Shown here: positions 38,020-46,600 of the stretch, in pieces
How the letters are laid out: every line of letters begins with the position of its first letter
How positions within the stretch are numbered: the first letter of the stretch is position 1
Assembly (NCBI GenBank): GCA_016783565.1
Contig: JADHWI010000004.1
Location: forward strand, 1,705 to 65,704
Direction of reading: 5' to 3'
Origin: Kiritimatiellia bacterium
GTDB lineage: Bacteria; Verrucomicrobiota; Kiritimatiellia; UBA8416; JADHWI01
Length of the DNA stretch: 64,000 bases
The notes under the pieces: generated by a model
Seen by the model: the letters and a program-made list of their open reading frames with translations, nothing else
What the model was told of the DNA's origin: nothing
Databases searched by the model: none
Translations under genes and position numbers: made by a program

Positions 38020-39401
38020 TGTGTCTCCATGGTCTGTTGGTCGTTCAAGGGTTCTTCGATTTCTGCTCCGGTGAGTCTCTCAATGGTGATTGCAGCAGCG
38101 TGGTAGTCCGACAGTGCGTCGATCAGTAAGTTTTTGGTCTGAACAAGTCCGCGCTGTGCGTCCAGCATATCCAGGAATCCAAATTTGCCCTGCTGATAGC
38201 CGTCTCGCGCGGCGGTGAAGGCACTCTCCATGGCAGGGATAACGGTTTGGGTCAGTGTTCGAGCACGCCGGTGTGCTATGCTGAGTTTTGTGTGACCCTC
38301 AGTCAGGTCGGTGGTCAGCCAGCCTCGGACGGCGATGCGCTGAGCGTTTGCCCCGTCCAGTGTATGTTTGGCGGCGGCAATATGTCCCTGATTGCGATTG
38401 AAGAGTGGCAGCGGGGCTGCGATCCCGAATGCCATTGCATCGGTTCCGTCTTCTTCGTAGCTTTGCAAGGCGATCGATGCTTTTACGTTGGGCACGCGTG
38501 CCGCCTTGGCGGCGGCCAGATTGGCTTCCAGCTTCTCCTGTTCAGCGTTCAGACGAGCCAGTTCCGGGTTGGCATCCAGCTTCTCCCGCAGAGCCTGTAG
38601 GTCGGGAATAGCATCTGGAATCGTCTCGATCTCTCCCGACATGCGCGTAAAATGGGGTTCCTGTGCGCCCCACATTTGTGCCAGCCTGATGCGCGCGGAT
38701 TTCAGATTGTCGCGCGCTGCAGCGATATCCAGTCGGGTAAGTTCCAGTGCCGCAGCAGTCTTTGTTGCTTGCAGCGGAGGCTCTTTGCCTGCGTTGACGC
38801 GCTCTTGTGCCGCATCGCGAACGCTTTCTGCGAGTTTTACGGCATCCAGTGCCAAGGTCATTCGCTGTTGTGCGGCGATGAGTATGGCTGACCGCTGTCG
38901 GGTCTCCGCGATGACATCAAGGCGAGCTGATTTGTAGTCCCACTGGGCCAAGCGGGCATTGATGTCAGCCTGGTGCGTGCGCCACTTGCGTTTACCGCCA
39001 AGTTCAATTTCCTGAACCAGTGCGAGGACTGTTTCCGAGGAATCAAATCCCGCTCCGTCCCTGTCGTACTCCTCGACTTCGGCTTTGATTATGGGGTTGG
39101 GCAGGAAACCAGCCTGTTTTGCCAGAGCTCGGGAAGCCTGAATTCGGTGTTCTTCTGCTATGAGCTTGGGGCTTCTGGCGAGGGCGAGCTGCAGAGCTTG
39201 CGACAGATTGATCTGATCTGTGTGTTCAAGTGGTTCCTGCGCTGTCTCAGCGGTAGGCTTTTCCTGTTTGGCTGTTGCGTACTGCTCGGGAGTCAATTGC
39301 GTGTCGTGAGGGTTCGCGTATTGTGTACTCGTGGCGCACCCTGATCCCGCTGCTATGCAGATAGCGAGCAGGGCAATGGTTGCATCGTGTCTTTCTATCA
39401 T
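38016..39401 (-). CDS. CzcC/TolC-family outer-membrane efflux protein
   Basis: Lipobox; LPNP, IELGGKR, PLPLFNRNQG, FLDMLDAQR motifs. Confidence 0.93.
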   Translation of the reverse strand: MIERHDATIALLAICIAAGSGCATSTQYANPHDTQLTPEQYATAKQEKPTAETAQEPLEHTDQINLSQALQLALARSPKLIAEEHRIQASRALAKQAGFLPNPIIKAEVEEYDRDGAGFDSSETVLALVQEIELGGKRKWRTHQADINARLAQWDYKSARLDVIAETRQRSAILIAAQQRMTLALDAVKLAESVRDAAQERVNAGKEPPLQATKTAAALELTRLDIAAARDNLKSARIRLAQMWGAQEPHFTRMSGEIETIPDAIPDLQALREKLDANPELARLNAEQEKLEANLAAAKAARVPNVKASIALQSYEEDGTDAMAFGIAAPLPLFNRNQGHIAAAKHTLDGANAQRIAVRGWLTTDLTEGHTKLSIAHRRARTLTQTVIPAMESAFTAARDGYQQGKFGFLDMLDAQRGLVQTKNLLIDALSDYHAAAITIERLTGAEIEEPLNDQQTMETQ

Positions 39402-39534
39402 CGTCTTCTCCGTTTGAACCGTTATGAAGGGTTGTGTCCTGTTGTAGCAACACAGGGGGGGGTAGGGGCGGCAGCTAAAATTCCAGACAAAGAGGTCGTG
39501 AATTTTGGTTATCGCCGATACAGGGGGATGCTGA

Positions 39535-39978
39535 TCAGGTTCGCAGTATCGTCACGCGCTGCACGTGCAGGTGAGGCGACGGGCGAGCGGTCATGCCGCA
39601 GGTCAAATGTTGAATGGATGTCTCGGCAGTTTTTAGAGGATGAATCAGTGTTGTTGTAGCATTCTTGAGTAACTTCGTAATTGAGCGCGATGTCGTGTTG
39701 GGAGCGGTGCTGTGGAGGGCGTGATCGAGGGATAGAGCCAGATCAATACAACTGTTGCAATCGTGTGCACCTGCGTGCTCTTTGATCAATGGTTCCGGGG
39801 GTCGGTGTTTGTTTGTGGTTTCGCATGCGTTATGACACGTGTCATGGTGCGCTGGCTCAATCGCCACATGCCCATCCGTTCCGATGCACAGCACCATGCC
39901 CGATGTGCCTGAGATCAGCACCGAAAGCATGGCCCAGCCTGCAACAATCACTTTTAAAATATTTAAACGTTTTTTCAT
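39535..39978 (-). CDS. Cys/His-rich leader protein upstream of the metal efflux operon (positional analogue of CzcI/DUF2946)
   Basis: TM helix; VLCIGTDGHVAIE; HHDTCHNAC; HDCNSCID. Confidence 0.7.
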   Translation of the reverse strand: MKKRLNILKVIVAGWAMLSVLISGTSGMVLCIGTDGHVAIEPAHHDTCHNACETTNKHRPPEPLIKEHAGAHDCNSCIDLALSLDHALHSTAPNTTSRSITKLLKNATTTLIHPLKTAETSIQHLTCGMTARPSPHLHVQRVTILRT

Positions 39979-40073
39979 CCGCTAATTAGATTAGCATATC
40001 GATGCGGGTACGACAACCGGTAATTTGAGACGAAAAGAGTAGCGTTTTTTGTCGCTGCCGTTCGGATAAAAGG

Positions 40074-41696
40074 ATGATGAAAATGAAGCCCATAGGAACG
40101 ATCCATACGCCATTCACTGACCCAGCGGGAATGCCTATCCAGCCCGCGGGGGCCTCCGGCGTGAAGGGCACTGTCGAAGTTTTGGAAGAATACCGAGGGG
40201 GGCTGAAGGATCTCGATGGGTTTTCCCATCTCCCAAAACGGAATTCTCGCTGGTATGTCTGCGTGGCCATAGCACTCATGCTCGGTGTAAGCGTACTTCT
40301 TGCCGGTGCTGAGGAAGCAAAGAGACCGAACGTCCTTCTGATAGCCATAGACGATCTGAATGACTGGGTCGGATGTATGGGCGGACACCCGCAGGCGAAG
40401 ACGCCGAATATTGATCGGTTGGCCGCTCGGGGAGTGCTGTTCAACAATGCCCACTGTCAGTCCCCCGTGTGCAACCCCTCACGGGCCAGCATGATGACAT
40501 CGCTCTATCCGGCGACTACGGGTATCTACTTTCTCAGCCCTGACCTCAGTGCATCACCTGTTGCCAGGAAGAATGTACTCTTACCTCATCGCTTTGAGAA
40601 AGAAGGATATCATGTCACCGGGGCTGGCAAATTGTTCCATGGTAATCAGAACAAGAAGTACCTGTCCAATTATGCCGGTTCGTTCGGAGGCTTTGGGCCC
40701 AGGCCAAGGAAGAAACTCTCATCTTTTCCCGGACATCCCCTATGGGACTGGGGAGTCTTTCCGGATCGCGACGACGAAATGCCGGATCATAAGATCGCCA
40801 AATGGGGGGTGTCTCAACTACAGAAGAAGCACGACAAACCATTATTCCTGGCCACCGGCTTCTATCGTCCACATGTTCCTCAGTACGCACCTCAGAAATG
40901 GTTCGACATGTATCCCCTGGACTCCTTAAAACTTCCCGCCGTCATGGAGAACGATCTTGGTGACTTATCTGAGTATGCGATCAATCTGACACGGCTCAAA
41001 CACGTGTCACCCACTCATAGCTGGGTGATGAAGAACGATGAGTGGAAGCCGCTGGTTCGGTCCTATCTGGCCTGTATGAGCTTTGTGGATCATCAGGTTG
41101 GCAAGCTTATGGATGCACTGGATAACAGCCCCTACAAAGACAATACCTTCGTTGTGCTTTATACTGACCATGGTTTTCACCTGGGAGAGAAGGAACGTTG
41201 GGCCAAGCGCAGTCTTTGGGAGGATGGCACGCGAACACCCATGGTCATCGTCGGTCCCGGCGTTGCCAAGGGTAGAGTTTGCAAGAAGCCTGTTCAGTTG
41301 TTGGATATCTATCCAACCCTATTGGATGTGGCAGGCTTGAAGGCTGACCCTAAGCTTGAGGGTCATTCCATGACGCCATTGCTGAAGAATCCTGAGGCAG
41401 ATTGGCCTTATATGGCTCGAACCAGTTTTGGCCCAGGCAACTATGCCATACGCTCAGAACGCTATCGCTTCATCCATTACAATGACGGCAGTGAGGAGTT
41501 TTATGACAATGCGGAGGACCCCAATGAATGGAAGAACCTGATCGAGACCCCTGAGCTGGTTGCGCTGATAGAGGAACACCGAACTTTTTTGCCGAAGAGC
41601 ACCCATCCGATCCTTGGAAAGGACTCAACAGGACATGCAGCTTTCAACGCAAGCAAAAGAAATGCCAGCAAACCGGATGCAGGCGACAGCAAATAG
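40074..41696 (+). CDS. Sulfatase (choline/iduronate-sulfatase-like) with an N-terminal TrmO/TsaA fragment fused in frame
   Basis: Residues 1-53 (KPIGTIHTPF...PIQP...GLKDLDGFSHL) match the TrmO N-terminus; then a signal peptide, RPNVLLIAIDDL, CNPSR, GKLFH, DHGFHLGEK. Confidence 0.88.
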   Translation: MMKMKPIGTIHTPFTDPAGMPIQPAGASGVKGTVEVLEEYRGGLKDLDGFSHLPKRNSRWYVCVAIALMLGVSVLLAGAEEAKRPNVLLIAIDDLNDWVGCMGGHPQAKTPNIDRLAARGVLFNNAHCQSPVCNPSRASMMTSLYPATTGIYFLSPDLSASPVARKNVLLPHRFEKEGYHVTGAGKLFHGNQNKKYLSNYAGSFGGFGPRPRKKLSSFPGHPLWDWGVFPDRDDEMPDHKIAKWGVSQLQKKHDKPLFLATGFYRPHVPQYAPQKWFDMYPLDSLKLPAVMENDLGDLSEYAINLTRLKHVSPTHSWVMKNDEWKPLVRSYLACMSFVDHQVGKLMDALDNSPYKDNTFVVLYTDHGFHLGEKERWAKRSLWEDGTRTPMVIVGPGVAKGRVCKKPVQLLDIYPTLLDVAGLKADPKLEGHSMTPLLKNPEADWPYMARTSFGPGNYAIRSERYRFIHYNDGSEEFYDNAEDPNEWKNLIETPELVALIEEHRTFLPKSTHPILGKDSTGHAAFNASKRNASKPDAGDSK

Positions 41697-41759
41697 CCGC
41701 GCCCGATCCGCAGCGTCGGCTGCTTGGTAAATACATCCATATCTCTCATTCTGGTATGT

Positions 41760-41870
41760 TTGAAAGCAACACTCAATATTGACGACGCAATTCTTAAAGG
41801 CGTATCGCTGACGAGGTGGCTTGAAAAATATATGCATAGGTGTATCTTTACCGGATGCGTAAATGGATAA
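41760..41870 (+). pseudogene. Degenerate VapB/RHH-type antitoxin remnant
   Basis: TTG-start ORF MKATLNIDDAILKGVSLTRWLEKY... resembles MKTTLNIDD.LL...G.SLT..IE antitoxins but lacks the central helix; no toxin follows. Confidence 0.4.
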
Positions 41871-41953
41871 GGAGTCCGTGGAAGGACAGGTTCCGGCAAC
41901 ATGCCTATACGCACAACATAGCTCTACTCTACGGGAAGACAAAGGGTATTGAA

Positions 41954-43378
41954 GTGGAAACAACACGACACAATTTTGTGATAACTGTAGCTCTCATTGC
42001 TATGTGCGTGCTGTCACCCTGGACTGCATCTTCGGCTGAAGCTAAAACAAAACCCAACATCATTCTTTTGTTTATCGACGACATGGGCTGGGCTGATTTT
42101 TCCTGCTTCGGCAATAAGGATGCAGCCACGCCTAACATAGACAATATAGCGAAAGAGGGTATTGCCTTTGAGCAATTCTACGTGAACTCTCCTATCTGCT
42201 CACCCTCGCGCGTTGCGATCTCCACGGGGACCTACCCACAACGCTGGCGGATCACCTCGTATCTGGCACATCGCAAGGCAAATAGGAACCGCGGTATTGC
42301 GAATTGGCTTGATCCACAAGCACCCATGCTGGCCCGTAGCCTCAAGGACGCCGGTTATACTACTGGTCACTTCGGAAAGTGGCACATGGGGGGGCAGCGA
42401 GATGTAACCGATGCACCCGCGATCACTGATTATGGATTTGACGAATCATTGACCAATTTTGAGGGGCTTGGCCCAAAACTCCTGCCATTGACGATAAACA
42501 AAGAAGGTAAAGTGGGGCGCATCTGGAAGGACGCCGAACGACTGGGAAAACCCGTGATCTGGATGCAGCGATCTGAAATCACTACTGGATTTATCGATGC
42601 AGCCATTAGGTTCATGAAATCCTCGAACGAGGCGGGCAAACCATTCTATGTGAATATATGGCCTGATGACGTCCATAGCCCATTCTGGCCCTCCTATGAG
42701 CGTATCAAGAAAACGAGCAACAAACGTGAACTTTATCTGGCCGTCCTGGAAGAAATGGATAAGCAATTTGCCAAGCTCTTTGATTTCATCAAAGGGAATA
42801 ACGACCTGCGCAAGAATACCATTGTTCTTGTCTGCTCAGATAATGGACCAGAAAAGGGTGCAGGGTTGGCTGGTCGTTTTAAAGGATTTAAGACCCATTT
42901 ATACGAAGGAGGCATTCGCTCATCCCTCATAGTATGGGCACCAGGCTTGATGGAGATGAATGCGGTGGGTTTGAGAAATAAAGAGTCGGTATTTTCCGCC
43001 ATTGATCTAACACCTTCCCTGATAAAATTGGCTGATGCCAAAGCGCCAGACAACATCAACTACGATGGGGAAGATCTTCTTGATACCTTGTTGGGGAAAT
43101 CAAAAGCATCACGTAAGAAACCTATTTTCTTTGGTCGACCGCCAGACCGGAAAAATTTCTATGGATTTAAAAACCTGCCTGATCTTGCCGTTCGCGATGG
43201 AAAATGGAAGTTGCTATGTGATTTCGATGGCGGGAGACCAGAGTTATATGACTTAATTAGCGATCCAGGCGAAACTACGAACCTTGCAGAGGCACAATCC
43301 AGGAAGACGAAAGAGCTCAAAGAAAGGCTCTTGGACTGGTATCGATCCATGCCGTCTTCTTCTCCTTTGGGGCTGTAG
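41954..43378 (+). CDS. Sulfatase (arylsulfatase/GalNAc-6-sulfatase-like)
   Basis: Signal peptide; KPNIILLFIDDMG, CSPSR, GKWHMG, SDNG, YEGGIR, ELYDL..DPGE; probable GTG start at 41954. Confidence 0.93.
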   Translation: METTRHNFVITVALIAMCVLSPWTASSAEAKTKPNIILLFIDDMGWADFSCFGNKDAATPNIDNIAKEGIAFEQFYVNSPICSPSRVAISTGTYPQRWRITSYLAHRKANRNRGIANWLDPQAPMLARSLKDAGYTTGHFGKWHMGGQRDVTDAPAITDYGFDESLTNFEGLGPKLLPLTINKEGKVGRIWKDAERLGKPVIWMQRSEITTGFIDAAIRFMKSSNEAGKPFYVNIWPDDVHSPFWPSYERIKKTSNKRELYLAVLEEMDKQFAKLFDFIKGNNDLRKNTIVLVCSDNGPEKGAGLAGRFKGFKTHLYEGGIRSSLIVWAPGLMEMNAVGLRNKESVFSAIDLTPSLIKLADAKAPDNINYDGEDLLDTLLGKSKASRKKPIFFGRPPDRKNFYGFKNLPDLAVRDGKWKLLCDFDGGRPELYDLISDPGETTNLAEAQSRKTKELKERLLDWYRSMPSSSPLGL

Positions 43379-43578
43379 TGAGCTCTCTGAGGATAGCGAA
43401 CCACGGCATGGAACGCTCTCTCCTCTTACCTGCGGCATTTCACATTACACTTCTCACAGAACGCTCTTACTGTGCAAGAGTCTTGCCAACGCAGTGCTTT
43501 ACTCGTATGCTTGGTTTGGTTTATTCAGGCTTAACTTAACCGGCCTGAATCGTTGTATAGGGGGCAGCCTGAGGAGGT

Positions 43579-44916
43579 ATGGTGAGCGATAAGAAGAGTT
43601 TTGTTCTTGATACGAATGTGTTGTTGCACAATGCGGAATGCATTGAGTGCTTTGCGGACAATTCGGTTGTGATCCCGATGGCCGTGATTGAAGAGCTGGA
43701 TAAATTCAAGAGCCAGAGTAATGAGCTGGGGCGCAATGCCCGACAGGTCATCCGGCATTTGGATGCATTGCGGGCTCAGGGTAATTTGCGTGATGGCGTT
43801 CCATTGACATCCGGTGGCGAGCTTAAAATCATGTCGCAAACTTTCCCCTCTGCAGACTCGGAGCTTGTCGAAGATATTCCGGACAACCGTATCCTGCTGG
43901 TTGCCGCAGTGCTGCATCGTGCCGGTGAACGTGTGATTTTTGTCAGTAAGGATATCAATGCCCGGTTGAAGGCCGATGCGCTCGGTATTGAGGCGCAGGA
44001 TTTTGAGAAAGAAAAAATAAATTTTGATGAATTGTATACGGGATACTCCGATGTGGAAGTATCTGCCGAGGTGATTGAAGCGTTCTTTGCCACCAATGTG
44101 CTTGAAGGCGTTGATGATTTGGGGAGATATCCCAACGAGTTTCTGAGTTTGCACAGCGACAATGGAGAGCGAAAGACGGCTCTGGCGCGGACGGTGAAGC
44201 CGGGGACGATTTCGCACCTTTCGAGCAAATACGAAAAGATATGGAACGTGCAGGCCCGAAATCGTGAACAACGCATGGCGATTGAGTTGCTCATGGATCC
44301 TGATGTTCAGCTTGTCACGCTGGTGGGCATGGCGGGTACAGGCAAGACGTTACTTGCTCTTGCTGCTGCGCTACAATGCACAGAGAAGAATGGACGCTAC
44401 GATTCTGTGTTGGTGAGTCGACCTGTTGTGCCTTTGGGCAAGGATATCGGTTACCTGCCTGGTGATAAGGACGAGAAGTTGGCGCATTGGATGCAGCCTA
44501 TCTTTGATAATCTGGCGTTTTTGTTGCGGCCGGCACCCCAGATGGCTGGAAAGAAAAAGAAGAGCACGGTTACTACGCAGCAGCGAATCGATAAGCTTCT
44601 AAAGAGTAATACCCTTGTTCTTGAGGCGCTTACGTATATCCGGGGACGATCTATTCCTCGTCAGTATGTGATTGTGGATGAGGCGCAGAATCTGACCCCG
44701 CACGAGGTGAAGACGATTATCAGTCGGGCAGGGGAGGGGACTAAGATGGTGCTGACGGGAGACCCGTATCAGATTGATAATCCGTATCTTGATGCGTCCA
44801 GCAATGGGCTCACCTATGTGGCCGAGCGCATGAAGGTGCACCAGTTGCACGGACATCTGACGCTGAAGACCAGTGAGCGTAGTGCGTTGGCTGCCATTGC
44901 TGCGGAGTCGTTGTAA
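43579..44916 (+). CDS. PIN-PhoH (PhoH2-type) protein
   Basis: FVLDTNVLLH PIN domain; GMAGTGKT Walker A; IGYLPG, YIRGRS, DEAQN, GDPYQID. Confidence 0.95.
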   Translation: MVSDKKSFVLDTNVLLHNAECIECFADNSVVIPMAVIEELDKFKSQSNELGRNARQVIRHLDALRAQGNLRDGVPLTSGGELKIMSQTFPSADSELVEDIPDNRILLVAAVLHRAGERVIFVSKDINARLKADALGIEAQDFEKEKINFDELYTGYSDVEVSAEVIEAFFATNVLEGVDDLGRYPNEFLSLHSDNGERKTALARTVKPGTISHLSSKYEKIWNVQARNREQRMAIELLMDPDVQLVTLVGMAGTGKTLLALAAALQCTEKNGRYDSVLVSRPVVPLGKDIGYLPGDKDEKLAHWMQPIFDNLAFLLRPAPQMAGKKKKSTVTTQQRIDKLLKSNTLVLEALTYIRGRSIPRQYVIVDEAQNLTPHEVKTIISRAGEGTKMVLTGDPYQIDNPYLDASSNGLTYVAERMKVHQLHGHLTLKTSERSALAAIAAESL

Positions 44917-44943
44917 ACGCTGTAGACTGGTTCGATCCTGGTG

Positions 44944-45729
44944 CTATTCCTCGCGGATGAGGGCTTTTTCTTTAAGGTTGTCAATGAAGGCATTGAGTGC
45001 GTCATCTCGTGCGGTCTCATGCAGGTGTTCCGCAATATACGGGCGGGCTTCTTCCAATGAAGATTGTTCGGCTTTATGTTTTTCATACACCTTGGCAATG
45101 TGGTAGCCGAACGGCGTTTGAAAGACATCGCTGACTTCGCCCGGTTGCAGATTGAAAACGACCTCGTCAAAGGCGTCCACCATTTGACCTCGAGAAAAAA
45201 TGCCGAGATCGCCGGCTTGGTCGGGGCAATCGGAGTGCTGAACGGCCAATTCTTCAAAGGAAGCACCTTGCCTGATCTGTTCCCGAATATTCAGCGCTGA
45301 GGTATATGCATTCGGTTCGCTGTAACCCTGGGGGGCGTGTTTGACAATGTGTGCGGCATGGATCCGCTCCGGTTCGATGAACAGGTCTTTGTGATCGTTG
45401 TAGTATGTGGTGATTTCGGCATCGGAGGGTTCTGGCGTCTGGCTTGTAATGTCGTCAACGACGGCTTGAACCTGTTCCTGCGTCAGCGTGTTATCGGCAA
45501 TTTCCTCATTTGTCGAGGTGTCGTCGGATGTTTTTTTTGCGCGCACGGCAGCTTCCTGTTGAAGCAAATGTCGTTCGATAATGTTTTCTCTTGCCCACTT
45601 TTGCAGGCGATCCAAATCTGCGTCCATCTCATTGTGTTGGGCGTACTGTTCATATTCAGGTCTGAGGCGATCGAACTCGGCGTCAATTTCCTCTTGTTTG
45701 ATTTCGAATTCATTCACAAAAAGCGTCAC
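44944..45729 (-). CDS. Parvulin-type peptidyl-prolyl isomerase
   Basis: IHAAHIV, FEELAVQHSDCP, GDLGIFSRGQMV, FQTPFGYHI motifs. Confidence 0.92.
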   Translation of the reverse strand: MTLFVNEFEIKQEEIDAEFDRLRPEYEQYAQHNEMDADLDRLQKWARENIIERHLLQQEAAVRAKKTSDDTSTNEEIADNTLTQEQVQAVVDDITSQTPEPSDAEITTYYNDHKDLFIEPERIHAAHIVKHAPQGYSEPNAYTSALNIREQIRQGASFEELAVQHSDCPDQAGDLGIFSRGQMVDAFDEVVFNLQPGEVSDVFQTPFGYHIAKVYEKHKAEQSSLEEARPYIAEHLHETARDDALNAFIDNLKEKALIREE

Positions 45730-45754
45730 GAGGCTTGTCTCCAGTTTTATTGCT

Positions 45755-46210
45755 TTAGTTGTTTTTCAATTTCGGTCGGACCAGTGGCTGTTTGCCTGCT
45801 TTGTGGCGCAACAAGTTGGTGAATCGCCATACGGAATGTTGCGTAATCAACCACCGTTCGGCCCGGTATTTCCCAGGATAGTTCATCAGGGTCAATCCGA
45901 CCAGTATGGTGAGTACGCCTTGCCCAGGCGTGACCAACATGATGATCCCCATCAGAGCGAACGTTAGACCAATCAGGTTTCGAATGATCAGCAGGAGGAT
46001 GCAAAGGATGGGGTAGCGTTGGGTTAAGCAAGCGGTGTGGCGTCTGGGTTCGGAAAAATAGTCAGGCGGAATGGACGCCACAATAATGGGGATCAGAATG
46101 AGCGTTGCAATAAATATAATGGCCGACACACCGGCAATCCACCCCATCCAGTCTTCTGTGTTCGGTATCATGTCCGACAGTATCCATGTTGGCGTTGTTC
46201 TTGCAAGCAA
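45755..46210 (-). CDS. PGPGW-family small membrane protein (start may be 46171)
   Basis: IPPDYF, GIIMLVTPGQG, NYPGKY, N.LR.KAGK.PL motifs. Confidence 0.75.
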   Translation of the reverse strand: MLARTTPTWILSDMIPNTEDWMGWIAGVSAIIFIATLILIPIIVASIPPDYFSEPRRHTACLTQRYPILCILLLIIRNLIGLTFALMGIIMLVTPGQGVLTILVGLTLMNYPGKYRAERWLITQHSVWRFTNLLRHKAGKQPLVRPKLKNN

Positions 46211-46327
46211 GCTTTGAGATGGCAGTGACGTTTTGTGTAGTTCAGCTTCTGTTTGGCGTGGCTATACGTGTAGGGTGGGTGGGAAATATAGGAATTCGTG
46301 TACAATGTGGTGGTTAATCTCTTTGTT

Positions 46328-46374
46328 ATTACATATTTGTAATGCTATGCGTTATAAAATTACATAATTGTGTT
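46328..46374. promoter_or_regulatory. Two related palindromes upstream of the glnA promoter (candidate activator or repressor sites)
   Basis: ATTACA-TATT-TGTAAT at 46328-46343; ATTACA-TAAT-TGTGTT at 46359-46374. Confidence 0.5.
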
Positions 46375-46473
46375 GCCGTTGTGATGCTCTACGAAAAAGT
46401 AGATTTTTTAAGAATGTATAACGTCTTTTTCTGCAATGACTTGCAGGTCTTACTTCTCAAGCATGTCAAACGA

Positions 46474-46490
46474 TTGGCACGTTTGCTGCA
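46474..46490 (+). promoter_or_regulatory. Sigma54 (-24/-12) promoter of glutamine synthetase
   Basis: TTGGCACGTTTGCTGCA matches YTGGCACG-N4-TTGCW with one mismatch; GG and GC are 12 nt apart. Confidence 0.7.
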
Positions 46491-46600
46491 ATAAGCTTAC
46501 CAGCGAAAGATATTATGACTTTTCTGTGCTGGACAGAGTAGTTTAAGGAGAATAGCTTGGCATAATGGTCGATGGAGCGGCCGGAAAGGCAGGAGTAGAG

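Noticed and set aside
43395-43416. Integron attC-like start (AGCGAACCACGGCATGGAACGC) after the second sulfatase
   Set aside because: No complementary GTT-containing right end, no other cassettes and no integrase in the window.
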